In this document: positions 46,354 through 60,149 of the stretch, piece by piece | Position numbering within the stretch: the stretch's first letter is position 1 | How the letters are laid out: each line of letters starts with the position of its first letter | Source of the DNA: Octopus sinensis | Lineage: Eukaryota | Length of the DNA: 64,000 nucleotides | Direction: 5' to 3' | NCBI RefSeq assembly: GCF_006345805.1 | Contig: NW_021833038.1 | Span: 24,709 to 88,708 of the forward strand | Translations under genes and position numbers: made by a program | The notes under the pieces: generated by a model | What the model was told of the DNA's origin: nothing | What the model saw: the letters and a program-made list of their open reading frames with translations, nothing else | Databases searched by the model: none

Positions 46354-46740
46354 CATATACATATACATATATATATATGTAGATATATATATTTATATAC
46401 ACACACATCAGTATGCAAGCATCTATATATGAAACGTAAAAGGATACATACACACACATAAATATATATATATACGTACAAACATATATATATATATGTA
46501 TATACATATGTGTGTATGTGTTGCCATATATCTATTCATGCGCAGCGATAGGCATGCATGCATAGCAGTAATAGTCTTTTTTTAACGCACGCGTGTATGC
46601 ACGTTTATTTCACACACTTTTTTTTCCAATTGGCTAATGCCTGTTTACATAAATCTAAATAATTGTTTTTGAGGGCACAGGATTGTGTGTGTATACATTT
46701 AGACGATTATCAAAACTCTCATAAATATCTATATATGCAG

Positions 46741-46818
<78 letters not shown>

Positions 46819-46822
46819 GAGT

Positions 46823-46893
<71 letters not shown>

Positions 46894-46894
46894 A

Positions 46895-46935
<41 letters not shown>

Positions 46936-46937
46936 TT

Positions 46938-47072
46938 TACTTGTTTCAATCATTAGACTGCGGCCATGCTGAAGAAATCGACCCCAAGACTTATTCTTTG
47001 TAAGCCTAGTACTTATTCTATCGGTGTTATTTGCCGAACCGCTAGACTACGGGGACGTAAACACACCAGCAA
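46938..47072 (-). mobile_element. SINE family A, 3' part
   Basis: Reverse complement of CCCCGTAG..TAGCGGTTCGGCAA...CAGCATGGCCGCAGTCTAATGATTGAAACAAGTAAAA. Confidence 0.8.
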
Positions 47073-47119
47073 TACTGGAAGGCAATACTTTGTATTACAT
47101 TACTGATATATATATATAT

Positions 47120-48510
47120 ATATATATACAAAACAATATGTCCCAGAGATGAGAGCCAATACACACAAAAACATCATTCTACGAGACAGGAGAATACTCA
47201 TGCGGCAGAGAATAAAGATCTCGAATTGTTTAAACAAACACCTTAACGACAGTGTGAAATCTCACCTGACAGGGGAAGTCTTCGGGATTGAAAATAAACT
47301 CAAATTCTCCCATGAAAGAAGAAGGAGAAACCTGAGTAGTTGAAAATATAAAAAGAATTCCTAAAGCCTTCTATACGTTGGCAAAAGGAGTCTGCCTCAG
47401 TACGCTATGAGATAGGGTCACCATTTGGTAAAAACGGCTCAATAACTGCAGACACGAGGAAGATAAGTGAAGCACTAAATAAACAATTCCAAAGTGTTTT
47501 CACTTCTCCAGTGGAAAATATGCAAATAAACAAGGTGGAGGAGTTTTTCAATGTAACAAATCTATTCAGAAAAGAGGCAACCATCGATTACATCAACATA
47601 ACAGAAGAGGATGTAATATCGACTGTGAATGAGATGAGATCAAACTCATTAACGGGCTCAGGTGGACTTCCGACTGGTCTCTTAAACACATGTAAAACGA
47701 CTCTTGCAAAACCACTGCAGATACATCTTCAGAGTTTCTTTGCATGTGATAAACTTCCCAAATGCTAAAAGGGGGTATAATATGTCCTGTCCATAAAGGA
47801 GGGAGCAGAGCAGATGCTAAAAGCTACAGGTCCATCTCTCAGACTTCACATGTTAGCAAGACAATGGAACGAATTGACAGGAAAAGGCTGATCACGTTCC
47901 AAGAAGAAAACAACCTTCTCACAAACAAGCAACATGGCTTCTGTCCAGGCTGGAGCTGCCTCACACAGTTGCTGCTGCACTTTGGTACTGAAAAAACCAG
48001 CTAAACCAGTCAGCTGTAGACGTGATAGACCTCGACTTTGCCAAGGACTTCGGCAGAGTTGATCATGGCATGATATGTCACAAGCTGCGAAACCTTGGTA
48101 CCACTGGGGAACTGGGAGAGTGGCTGCATGACTCTCTGAAGAGCAGGAGTCAGACAGTTGTAGCCAATGATGCTCACTCTGAAGATACACCAATTCTCAG
48201 CGGAGCCCCACAGGGAACTGTATTGACCCTCTCAGATATGCCCTCCGCGGTAGAGTCAACCAATCTGACCAGTTATACTGATGACACAAATGACCTGAAT
48301 AAAATATAAAAATGGGTTAACAAAAACAACATGCAGTTCTAAGCTATGAAAATTCAGGCACTCTACTATAGGCCCAACACCAGGTTAGAATCAGAATACA
48401 CTGGACCAGAAGATAATACGATCCCAGAATCAGAGTCGGTGCGTGACCTTGCGGTTCACATGAGCAAGGATGCAACCCTCCATATGCATATTACTAAGAT
48501 GGCTTTTCAG
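47120..48510 (+). mobile_element. CR1-like LINE ORF2 remnant (RT region, many stops and frameshifts)
   Basis: NKQFQSVFT, GIICPVHKGGSRADAKSYRSISQTSHVSKTMERI, QHGFCPGWSCLTQLL, LDFAKDFGRVDHG, SGAPQGTVL, YTDD, VRDLAVHMS. Confidence 0.9.
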
Positions 48511-48916
48511 ATAGTAATATTCTGGAGAATGCCTGTCAATAACATAAGTAAATTAGAAGTTTGTTTTAAAAGTAATTTGATTATTTGATTAAACGATGAT
48601 AGTGTGATCTTAAGATAACAGTAAAAAGTGTTTGCTGTTATTCACATTTAAAGGTTCTTTTGACAATGTTTACAGATTAAAATGTTTTGAAGATTAGATA
48701 GACAAAACTTTTGTAGGATATGAGCAGTTGCCATACACACTATTTGTTGAGTCTTCCATTTTGGGATTTTCTGGTATCTGGGATAGGTAGCAATCAGCCC
48801 CTTTCGCTATCATTCTTAGGGCACCTATGACAACAGGTATTGTTTTAGTCTTGAGATTCCACATTTTGCCAATTTCTATTTCAATAATAATATTAATAAT
48901 AATAATGATAATGATA

Positions 48917-48979
<63 letters not shown>

Positions 48980-49430
48980 TAATACCTTGTATTATTCGTT
49001 TTACTTCACAAAAAATGTTCTTTACATTCTACTGTTGTTTTATTGCCATTTATTTACGAGAATTATAAATTTTATCGGTTAAATATTTTTCTGGGAACGA
49101 ATTACGATTTATAACATTGCTACTAGGGGAAAATATCGTCCTGCTTTACGAGTTTTAACTTTACGAGCGGTCTCCTGGAATAAATTAACTCGTACGTCGA
49201 GGCATAATTGTATATAGCCCAAACTCTTGGGTCTTTGTGGCAAATATGAATAACATCATCATCATCATCATCATCATTATTATTACTATTGTTGTTGTTG
49301 TTGTTCGTACAAATGTCTGCGAAAACAAGAAAGAGTTCACGGAGAACAATGACGACAGACACCGCAAAACAATCGAGGCTGTGGTGAGAGTTTCGAGTAG
49401 ATAAACGCTACTTTTTCACAAATACATCTC

Positions 49431-49470
49431 AGCTGAAGACGATTCCAGAAGTCTTTGAAATAATCGAAAC
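49431..49470 (+). ncRNA. partial hammerhead-like core
   Basis: CTGAAGA-C-GATT...AATC-GAAAC. No convincing stem I or stem III partner. Confidence 0.3.
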
Positions 49471-49553
49471 TTTCCTACTTGACGGTCTTTCATTTCATAT
49501 CTATTATACTAATATATCCATCGATACCTTCATAGACATACATAAAAACATAC

Positions 49554-49591
<38 letters not shown>

Positions 49592-49713
49592 GTATACATA
49601 CGTGTGTGCGCACGCGTGCTTATGTGAGTATACGTATTTTTATTTCGCTCTTTGGTGTGACAGAGTAACTTTAGTGTTTTTTTTCTTGTATTGTTTTTCT
49701 TATTTTCTCTCTC

Positions 49714-49745
<32 letters not shown>

Positions 49746-49809
49746 TCAGGTGTCTCTCTGGCAAACAACAGAAGACTTTCTTGGAAAATGCTTCTTACTG
49801 CTGTTGTTC

Positions 49810-49861
<52 letters not shown>

Positions 49862-50129
49862 TATATATTTATATCTACACATATATATATGTATATATAT
49901 ATGTATATATACATATATATTTACAAGCATATATACACATATGTATATTTATTCATATATGTGTAGACACACACGCAGATATATTTCTATGATATTAATG
50001 AAAACAACATTAATTATAATAGCAACACACCCGTCATAATTTATGAATTTCTAATAATACAGGTGTGTATCAAATAAATTTCACTATCCTCGGGCAAGTA
50101 TTCTTTCCACCATACAGACAAGGCTTGAA

Positions 50130-50305
50130 GCATAATTTGATTATACTTTTCTCGGAGCTCGAATGGCACATATTTTACCGATCCCGAAAGGATGGAATGC
50201 AAAAAACAGATCGGTGAAATCTGAATACAGAACGTAAAAACCGGAAGAAAATCCACTAAGTAATTTATCCGGCATGCGAACGATTGTACCCCTTCACCGC
50301 CTTAG
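50130..50305 (-). mobile_element. SINE family B, degenerate
   Basis: GATCCCGAAAGGATGGAATGCAAA...TGAATACAGAACGTAA. Confidence 0.65.
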
Positions 50306-50345
50306 TTCGAAACAAATATTATATGCATGTATGTATGTATGTATG

Positions 50346-50391
<46 letters not shown>

Positions 50392-50512
50392 ATATATATT
50401 ATATATATATATATATACATATATATACATATACACATATATACATATATATATATGCATATACGTATATTTACATATATACATATATACATATACACAC
50501 ATACGCACATAC

Positions 50513-51006
50513 ATAAAGTTCATGTTCAATCAAATGAAGGAAAGAAAATGGAGAGTTAAGATAATGATAATTATTTATTATTAAAAGATTATTAATCTTT
50601 ACTCCTTACAGCCGTTTCCATTAGTGCCCAATAGGTAATTTACAAATTTATGCTTTAAATTTTTATTTCTATGTTATGAACATAATTTCATCAGAGAAAG
50701 ATAGACATTAGTCAGCTTGTATGAACGGAAGGGTCCAGATGCAACATCATTTCTTAATGTATATCTTTCTTTCTTTTTTTTCTAGTTTCAGCTCAGAGCT
50801 GCGGCCATGCTGATCACCGCCGTTTGATGAAATTATGTTCATAACATACAAATAAAAATTTAAAGCATAAATTTGTAAATTACCTACTGAGCACTAACGG
50901 AAACGGCTGTAAGAATTCAAGATTATCAATTTTTTTAATAGTAAATAATTATCATTATTTTAACTCTACATTTTCTTTCCTTCGTTTAACTGAACATAAG
51001 CTTTAT
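50513..51006. repeat. ~180-bp imperfect inverted repeats (50513-50694 / 50825-51006) of a hammerhead-bearing pLTR, ~130-bp spacer
   Basis: The arms align as reverse complements. The spacer contains a CAGCATGGCCGCAGCTCTGAGCTGAAACTAG tail on the minus strand (50782-50820). Confidence 0.9.
50603..50698 (-). ncRNA. type I hammerhead with extended, branched domain II
   Basis: TTCT-CTGATGA-[65 nt with several hairpins]-GAA-AC GGCT GT-A-AGGA. Stem I is TTCT/AGGA. Confidence 0.6.
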
Positions 51007-51126
51007 TCTTAATACGTACCTATTGACTTAAAGAAATTTCATTTCTCAAAATTACTTGGTATAAAACCAGTATTCCGTGGATGCAACCATCTCCTTTACG
51101 AGGTTAACTTATTCTCTAAGCATCTT

Positions 51127-51185
<59 letters not shown>

Positions 51186-51218
51186 TGTGTGTGTGTGGTG
51201 TGTGTGTGTGTGTGTATG

Positions 51219-51298
<80 letters not shown>

Positions 51299-51329
51299 TA
51301 TATATATATTTATATATACATATAGTAGT

Positions 51330-52357
51330 AACAGAAAAAGAGGAATTTCGATTACCCCCACGTGGCGAGTTGTAATATATTTAACAAATTAATAAAGGAA
51401 AATACACACACTTTACATAGTTTTAATATAATTTTTGATAGATCGACCGGTTTCGCTTTCGCTATTCATGATATTATAGTTTACTTATTTGAATATGTAT
51501 TTTCTTAAGAAGAAATATTTGTCCATGTTGTATGTGATGATTTCACATGACTTCACAAGTAGAAAAATAAGGGGAGGTAATTCGTTATCGTTAGTATTGC
51601 TGTTGTAGGCAAGGGAGATGACTGTTCAGCTTTCGGTAATGGAAAGGGAATATATATGTGCTTACACAAAAAAAGGGTTTCGAAAAACTTGTTTAGTGAG
51701 AGGATTTATGTGCAGTGATGTAATTGTGAATTCAAATATGTAAAAAGATAAAAGTTGATTAAGCGTGCATATTAAGACGTGTTCTGTATTTTTCAATGAA
51801 AAAAGTTTCTTTATTTAAACGTTCTTGTGGGGAGATTGTTTCTTTGCAATAGTAGACTGTGAAATTTGGTTTGATGTTATCTGCACATTTTCCTATATGT
51901 TCAGTCAGAAGAATTTGCCTGTATTGCGGGAAACGGATTTGCTCTCATGTAGAGTGGTTCTCCTTCTCAAGGTCATACTCGTCTGTCCAATATAGTTGTG
52001 TCCGCAACCCGAGCAGATTATTACATAAATTAGGTTCTCAGAGGCACAAGTGAAACTAGCTTCAATTGTGAACCTCTATCTTTGTTTGAAAAGGAAATCT
52101 GAGCCTTCAAGTAAGTTGGGGCAGGTTCCACAGTTTGGGCGTCCACATTTTTTAACCGTGCATTTTTCAGTAGCCTCTTCAGTAGTGATTTGTGTTTCTT
52201 TTTGCATTTGATGAGTTTGTGCGTTTTCAGGATGTCGTTCTCTAGTTAGTAAAGGAAGATTTTGCACAATAGTGTTGAATGCCTCTCTGTTTCTGGGGTT
52301 GTGTGTTGATATAAATAGTAATGTTTTGAGATGAGGTGTGTTGTTATGTTTTGTCAT
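51330..52357 (-). mobile_element. Penelope-like retroelement 3' remnant: GIY-YIG endonuclease pseudo-ORF (52357-51759) plus pLTR-like region with a degenerate hammerhead (51442-51472)
   Basis: CGRPNCGTC...FTCASENLIYVIICSGCGHNYIGQTSMTLRRRTTLH...EHIGKC...ETFFIEKYRTRLN, with one stop and one frameshift. Downstream ATC-ATGAATA-GC GAAA GC-GAA-AC CG GT-C-GAT. Confidence 0.9.
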
Positions 52358-52679
52358 ATATATATATATATATTATCATACATGACGTATTTGTCGAGAT
52401 GGTTAAGAGTTAAACATGTGGCCAACTGTAACAAATATTTTAAATTTAATGAAATGCATGAATACTATTCTCCATCTCTAGCTCCGTCTTAAGTTCTTTA
52501 GTCGATAGTGACTTCTCGTTCGTAACAACCAATATAGATGTGTGTGAGCGTGTACTCTGCTCTTTTCTTCTCTCTCTATTTCTCCCTACCCAACATTCTC
52601 TCCCTCCTCCATCGCTGCTTCCACTTGCATCGCCAAAAGTACATCATATATCACCTGCTACTTTAACATCTATCACCAA

Positions 52680-53490
52680 TGCGTAAAATATCCTCTCCTC
52701 CAGCTATACTTCTGCTACCTGCACCACCACCACCACCGCCAATATCTCTCTACCGCTATTATTATCACCCAACACCTCTACCACAGCCAATCACACCAGT
52801 ATAAACATCACCACTTCCCCAACTCCGATTATTTTTTACTTCTTCAATTACCTACCATTTCTTCAACCGCCTTCACTGCTGACAGCGCCATTATAACATT
52901 GACCACCATCACAACCACTACCACAACATCCACCAATACCAGCCCTATCACAAGCACCATAACTACCGCCACCACTATTACCATAATCGTTACTATCACC
53001 ACTACAACCACCACAACTTCCTCTACAACCACTGTTGTTAACACCACCACCACAATGAAGTAGGACCTCCGTCGCCTTTAACCCATCATCTCTGTAAACT
53101 CCACTTTCACTTTCACTTTGGCTTCACCGCAACACTACCGCAACCAACACAACCACTACCGCAACACCACCGCAAAATGCAAACGACCACGTCCATCATC
53201 AAGAACAGTACATCCGCCTCAACCACTGCCACATATACTACAAAACCTCTAATACCACCACCACTGCAACTGCAACACCACCACCATGACCACAACTGTC
53301 ATCAAGAACACTACAAACATCCATTACCACTACCACAACCACCGCCTCAAATACTACCACCAAAGCCACCACCATCATAGAGAACACTACAACCATTTAG
53401 CCGCCTAAAAAAGACCAGCCGTCACTACCACCGCCACAGCCTCGACCAACACTATTACAATCACAGCCGCCATTAACATCGTCATCACGA
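52680..53490. repeat. degenerate (ACC/ACT/ATC) low-complexity tract
   Basis: Direct read. G-poor, decayed trinucleotide repeat. Confidence 0.8.
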
Positions 53491-54219
53491 ACAACTTTTC
53501 TAGCATTTTCCTCAATTATATTACCCACAAATCAAAAAGTTATCATTAATCCATTTATTGTTGTTGTTGTTGTTATCATAATCATCGTTTTTCTTATCTG
53601 TTTCATATGGTATTTGGTTATCTTAGGGGGAGTAACCCATGTTTTGACGAATGGCAATTTGAAAAAGCTGTCTAATGGAATGAGACCTTCCAGTCAGCAG
53701 GTTAGAGATATGTTGGTTCTGGGTTGAAAGTGAATCAACTGGAAAGGATGGAAGGGGGGGGGGAGAAGAAAAAGTGAGAGGCAGAGTGAAAAAGAAAAGA
53801 AGGAAAGACAAGGAACGAGTGAGGAAGGCGATGTTTCTCTCTAATATTATTAATATTCATGAAAGCAATCAATATTCTCACACAGAATCACTTTTCAGTG
53901 GAACTGACACAATACGTCTCGCTTAATCTCGACGAATTTAGCCAAACACAGGTATCGTGTTTTGTGCGTGCGTGCGTGCGTGTGTGCGTGTGCAAGTATG
54001 TGTGTATTTGTGCGAGCATGTGTGTGTGTGTGTGCGTGCACTCGCGTGTACGTGCATATGTATATATATGTATATATATACATATATATGTGTGTATGCA
54101 TATATATATACATATATATGTGTGTATGTATATATGTGTGTGTATATATGTATATATATAAATCCATGTATAAATTCTAAGTCTATTCATATACACATAT
54201 ATACTTACACGTACGAATA

Positions 54220-54291
<72 letters not shown>

Positions 54292-54566
54292 ATACATATA
54301 TATACATACATATATACATATATACATTCTAAATATATTCATATACACATATATACATTGTATGTATATAAGAGCGTATAAATATATATACATGAGCACA
54401 TATATTCATAGGTATGTATGTATGTATAGAAATGTATGTAACTATAAAATACATATGCACATACATAGACATAAACATGATATATATATATATACACACA
54501 CATACACACACATATATATACATATATATTTATACATAAATATGTGTATATTTACACACGCACGTG

Positions 54567-54604
<38 letters not shown>

Positions 54605-55599
54605 CATGCAGTCACACACATGCATTTATATATAATCATACATACACACACATATACATATATGTATTTGTACACATGTACGTGTGCGCATACACACACA
54701 CACACACACACCTTCCTCGTATCTGTGACCGAGGTATAATTGAACGACTGTTAACACCGACAGAAAACCTCCTTCAACCTTTTAGCATCCATAACACTAA
54801 TGCTCTTAAAATATGTTGATTTATTCAACAGAAAAATAATATACAACATGAAACGATAAAAAGTAAAAGAAACTCTCCAGCTTCGTCTCTGTGATTTGGT
54901 TAGAGGCTTTTATTTCTTGCAGCATTTAGCATTTAGCATTCGGAATAATATTGGTCTTACGTATATTCAATGCTTTCCATACAATTCACTGGTGTGTCTT
55001 GTTTCAGTTTTTAGAGCTCCAGCATTCAAATATAACACTGCCATTAGATATGATAATGTGTTCCTATCAGGTAGAGTAGTGTGTCTTGTCTAAGACTTAA
55101 CGCTTTTAGAATTCGTTGTATTAACATTGGTTAGATATGGTAATATCTCGGGGAAGTTTTTTGTCATTTTTTTTTGCATTGGTTGTTATTGTTCTTCTTG
55201 TTGTTGTTTGTTCCTCTTTGTCGTCCTATGAACTCTTAATTAGCCGCTGACCCATGCAATAAAGGTGGGCCTCCTCTATGATATCATCTGACTTTTATTA
55301 TGACATAATGCATCTAGGACTACATTATCCAATGTGTCCGTCGTTTTATAAATGCTAGGTAGGTTGTAATTTGAGGAAGAGAAAGGTTTATGCTATTACT
55401 TGTCCTTAATGGGTATGGTGTGTACGATGGAGTGGTGTGACTTGTCGAAGGCGTAACCCTTTTGGTAACAGGAATATTGATGGTGTTTGATATCAATATA
55501 TAGAGAGAGACAGTTTAGGATGGAGTGGTGTGTCTTGTCGAAGGTTTGTTATTTTGTGATTCATATATTTTTTATGCGTATCTTCATATCTATTATATT

Positions 55600-55760
55600 T
55601 TACTTGTCAACTATTGGACGGCGGTCATGCTGGGGCACCGCCTTGATAAAAGTATAATCGAGCAAATGGGGCTTAACTCTGTTACTTATTCTATCGATAC
55701 CTTTTGCCGAGCTGTTAAGTTACGGAAGACTACATTACAGCACCAGTTGTCAAATGATGA
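55600..55760 (-). mobile_element. SINE family A, 3' part
   Basis: Reverse complement of AAGGCGGTGCCCCAGCATGACCGCCGTCCAATAGTTGACAAGTAAA. Confidence 0.75.
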
Positions 55761-55797
55761 CCCACACTCATAAATAAATAAATAGATGTGTGCATGT

Positions 55798-55856
<59 letters not shown>

Positions 55857-55967
55857 CGTGCGTGTGTGTGTGTGTGTGTATCGATCTATCATGTAATCAC
55901 GTAAGTTCTGTCTGAATTTTAAATAAAGAAAACAAGTGATCAAATGTTATATTTAATTGAAATTTAA

Positions 55968-56215
55968 TCATCAATGTACTTTCCCTGATTATCTATGGCA
56001 TGCTTCCATCTATTTACAAATTTTTTAATCCCGTCAATGTAAAATTCTTTTGGTTTCTAAGCGAAGAACTCTGAAATGTCAGTTTCGACCTCCTCCTCCT
56101 GGCTTGCGATGGTTATGTCCCCCAAATGATTCTGTAAACTACGAAACAAATGGTAGTCTGAAGGAGCAAGGTCGGGAGAATAAGGTGGATGAAGAATTTT
56201 ACGTTGGACCGGACA
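55968..56215 (-). mobile_element. mariner transposase C-terminal remnant
   Basis: KILHPPYSPDLAPSDYHLFRSLQNHL...ISEFFA*KPKEFY..GI......W. Confidence 0.88.
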
Positions 56216-56589
56216 CCTTGTTCGGATGAACGGTCGGAGGATTCCTAAGTAGATGCTGTATAGTGAGCTTGCGTATACAGTGGGGACTGGTTTGATGGAA
56301 ACGGTGTTGATGTTCAGAGACTTCTGTCTGCAAAGTGCAATGCCCACAGAGTTGCACTGCACAGAGAACTATCAGTTGTGCAGCAGAATCTAGCACTTAC
56401 CCATTGTAAGAATACAAAGTCTCCACTGCAGCGAACTCTCAGTAAGATACAGAACACCAGATAGGAAGGTCTTGCTTGTGATATTCAAGTCGCTGTTGAT
56501 GCAAATGAAAGCAAGGAGCGTTACCATGTTATGGAGCAAGTTTAGGGGTCTAAGAGTTCTGCATCAGCTCTTTTGCTTTCCAAGGAGGG

Positions 56590-56810
56590 CGCTACTCAAA
56601 CTTACTAAACCAATAGAGATTATAGGTCGGTGGATTGAAGATTTTTCTGAACTTCTAAACAGTGACTCTGTTGTAGACGATGTTGTAAATGATATTATTC
56701 CACAAAGACCTGTCTCCACCTCCCTGGACTCTACACTTCCGATGGACAACGCGGTAACAGCAGTGAGTAAATTGAAGCTTGACAAAACAAAACGTGCTAA
56801 AGACAGAATT
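56590..56810 (+). mobile_element. RTE/BovB-like LINE fragment (pre-RT region)
   Basis: EIIGRWIEDFSELLNSDSVVDDVVNDIIPQRPV..SLD......AVTAVSKLK resembles the RTE RW.EHF..LLN....LPQ....LD region. Confidence 0.65.
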
Positions 56811-57350
56811 GGCGCTGAGACCATGCGCTCAGGGCAGTGGGCTCACTGGGGCTCCCACTCGGGCTCGCACACAGTTTCCGTCTGGCAAATGTTCATTCAT
56901 AAAGGCATTGGGCAGCATGGGTCTGTAGTAGCAGGCACTTGGCTAGGGTGCCGCGCAATGGGGCAAAAATACGTTGTTTCACTGAGAGAGAGTTTCTCTG
57001 TGTGTGTGGTGTGTGTGTGTGTGTGTGTGGTGTGTGTGTGTGTGTGTGTGTGTTGTAGTGTGTGTGTGTGTGTGTGCATGTGTGTGAGTGTGAGTGTGTG
57101 TGTGAGCTTGCGTGTGCATGTGTGTGCGTCTGTATGTATGGGTGTATGATTGTGTGTGTGCGTGTGTGTGTATACGTGTGTGTGTATGCGTGTATGCGTG
57201 TATGTATGTATGCATGCGTGTGTATGTTTCTGTGTATGCATGTGCGTACGTGTGTCTGCATGCATGTGCGCGTGTGTGTGTACGCATCTGTGTGTGTGCA
57301 TGTGTGATTGTGCGCGTGTGATTATGCGTGTGCGTGTGTGTGTTTGCGTG

Positions 57351-57551
57351 TTAGAGTCGGCAGAAGATTGCAAGCTTTGGCAATAAACCCAGACTGGTTT
57401 CGAAGGATAATTTTCGAAATGAACTTTTTGCAGCATTTGTTCCAGCAGACAACCTTTTGCGACTGTCGCTCTCGGTAGAAGCGCGGTGAACCATTGACTG
57501 GGCCCCGTTGGAATCGTGTGGCAGGCGGCGCTGTTCTTCACCGAACGCCAT
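57351..57551 (-). other. possible small coding exon/ORF (MAFGEEQRRLPHDSNG...FCRL*)
   Basis: Unique non-repetitive 200 bp between microsatellites, AATATGGCG start context, two open minus frames. No family recognised. Confidence 0.2.
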
Positions 57552-57719
57552 ATTAAATTTAAATAATAACAAACAACAACAACGACAACAACGAAAACAA
57601 CCATTAAAGATGAGGAGCAAACGGAATGGTAAGGAGGACGGCAAGTGTATTTAGTTATTGGAAACGAAAAGACGGATGGCAATAACAACAACAACAGCAA
57701 CAACAGCAACAAACAGCGA

Positions 57720-57872
57720 TGGCATGGAGGAGGAGGAAGAGGAAGGGGAGGAGGAGGAAGTGGAGGGCGACATCAGTAGTAGAAGCAGTAAGACCTACAT
57801 AATGGTATCGATTATTTTGGTAGAGCCTGTGTGAAAGACGGGGGAGGAGGAGGAGAAGATGATGATGATGAT

Positions 57873-57904
<32 letters not shown>

Positions 57905-58640
57905 AGATGATGATGATGATGATTGATGAATGAAGAAGAAGAAGAAGAAGAAGAAGAAGAAGAAGAAGAAGAGAAGAAGAAGAGCAACAACGACAGCAAC
58001 AGCGATGACGACGACGGCGACGACAACAAGCGAAAGAAGAATGAAGAGAAAGATATAGAGAAGATGAGGATGAAAGGAAGGAAAGGAAGAAGGGGATAGA
58101 AGAGGGAGGAGAAGAGGGTGAAAGGGAGGGGGAGAGGGGAGGGACGAGGAGAAGGAGGAGGAAGAAGGGAAGGAATAAGAGGAGGAGGGGAGTAGGAGGA
58201 ATGGGAGGAGGAAGAAGAGGAGAAGGAAGAAAAGGAGGAGGAAGAGAAGGAGGATGAGGAAGAGGGGAGGAGAAAGACGACGGGGAAGAAGAGGTGAAAG
58301 AAGAGGAAGTTGAGGAGAGGAGGAAGTTGAGGAGGGAGGAGGGGGGAGGAGAAGGAAGAAGGAGAGCAGGAGGAGGAGGAGGAAGAAGGAGAAACAAGAG
58401 GAGGCAGAAGAGGTAGTTGAGGAGGGGGCGGAGTGGGAAGGGAGATGAGGGAGGAGGTGGAGGAGAAAGAAGAGGAGGAGAAAGAAGAGAGGGGACAGAA
58501 GAGGAGGAGAAAGAAGAGGGGGAGTAGGAGGTTGAGGGGTGTTGGATGAAGGGAGGTAAGGGATGGGAGGAGGTTGAGAAGGGGAGGAGGAAAAGGAGGA
58601 TAAGGGAGGAGGAGGAGGAGGTGGAGGAAGATGAAGATGA
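57720..58640. repeat. ~900-bp polypurine (GGA/GAA) tract
   Basis: Plus strand is almost entirely G/A. Confidence 0.92.
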
Positions 58641-58836
58641 AGGGTGAAGAGGAAGGTAGTATTGAGACGGTGGTCCTGCTTTCTGCGAGATGCGAAGTCA
58701 ACGATTGCAACGGAAAAGATGTCCAACAACAACAACAACAACAACAACAACAAAAACGACGACGAAACATAAACGTGAAGGAAACCAAGTCAATATGTCT
58801 GCGTCTTAGAAAAGTTCTCGACGAAAGGAATCATGT

Positions 58837-58872
<36 letters not shown>

Positions 58873-59057
58873 AGTCATCACCACCACCACCACCACCACC
58901 ACCTCTACTGTCACCACCACCTCCACCGTCTCCGCCAACTTTATCTCCAATTCTATCTCGACATTTCATTCATCATTCCATCAAAGAGAACAAAACGGTG
59001 AAAGGAAGAGATATACGCAGCAATAAGAGCAACACGTGGGTGTATAATGCGTATATG

Positions 59058-59098
<41 letters not shown>

Positions 59099-59399
59099 AT
59101 GCAAGCAAATGTGTGTGCGTGTGATATTAGTAACATATATGAATAAATTATGATATATGTCTATGTGTGTGTGTGTGATATGTGTGTGTCATATGTATCT
59201 GTGCACATACACATGTGTACAGTCATATATATATATGTATATATATACATATATATACACATGTCTATGTCCGTGTGTGTGTGAATACATATGTGTGTGT
59301 CTGCGCATGAGTTTACATATATTTATCTTTGCGTGTATATGTCTGTGTGTGTGTGTGTGTGTGGTCGTGTGTCTGTACTTGATAACGAGGCAGCCACGT

Positions 59400-59692
59400 A
59401 TTCCGTTGTGGGTGATCATGCAGTCGTAAGCAGACATGGACACCCTTTCGTCCCCTGCTCTTCGTACCCTTGACCCGGTGGAGCATCCAGCCCGTAACAG
59501 TTGAAGGGGAGAGAAGGGCGAAAAAGAGGGAAAGAAAGAATGGTTCGAGCAACAGTCTGCCACTCGCTTACAGCTGGGCAAAGGAAATGAAATGCATTGC
59601 TTAAGGATACGATGCACTACCCTGTTTAGGAATTGATCCCACGTCCCTATGATCGTGCGCCGAGCACCGCAATCGTCAGGCCACCTGCCTTC
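59400..59692 (-). mobile_element. degenerate tRNA-derived SINE (V/CORE-like, related to 6175-6305)
   Basis: Minus GTGAAGGCAGGTGGCCTGACG...GGGATCAATTCC...GTATCCTTAAGCAATGCATTTCATTTC. Confidence 0.5.
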
Positions 59693-60149
59693 ACTTTAAG
59701 GGACAATTATTTATGTCGCGTAATCTAAACAAAAATACCCGAGCAGGATAGATACGAACAACATAGACAAATAAAGGCAATTCAAATACCATACAACATA
59801 AATTTCTTCGTTTTGGGATTTGGTTTGCAAGATTCTTTATGTGAGTTCTTGTGTTGAAGCATATTTTGTTGTTGTGCCTGGGGAGAGTCGTTCTCTTTTA
59901 GTGCCTTATTATGTAACACACTCCCCGGTAAATGAGTGGAAACTTAGCTGGAGAGTGTGTTAAATAATAAGGTACTAAAAGAGAATGACTCTCCCCAGAC
60001 ACAACAAAATAAATTTCTTATTTATTAAAATTATTTCCAGCTCAAGGAAATGAGCTGTAACTACCAAATAGCGATTAAAGACCAGCTCCATATGAGGAGG
60101 GGAAATGATCTCGTGATTCAAGGATTCTCCGAATTTGAAATGCCGTGAA

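Noticed and set aside
54960-55545. Possible degenerate LINE RT with a locally repeated GTGGTGTGTCTTGTC motif
   Set aside because: Only a weak AFD-like hint and no coherent frame. I cannot support a call by eye.
59392-59427. 36-nt plus-strand exon ending at GTAAGC
   Set aside because: The acceptor is weak, and the region reads as the body of a minus-strand SINE.
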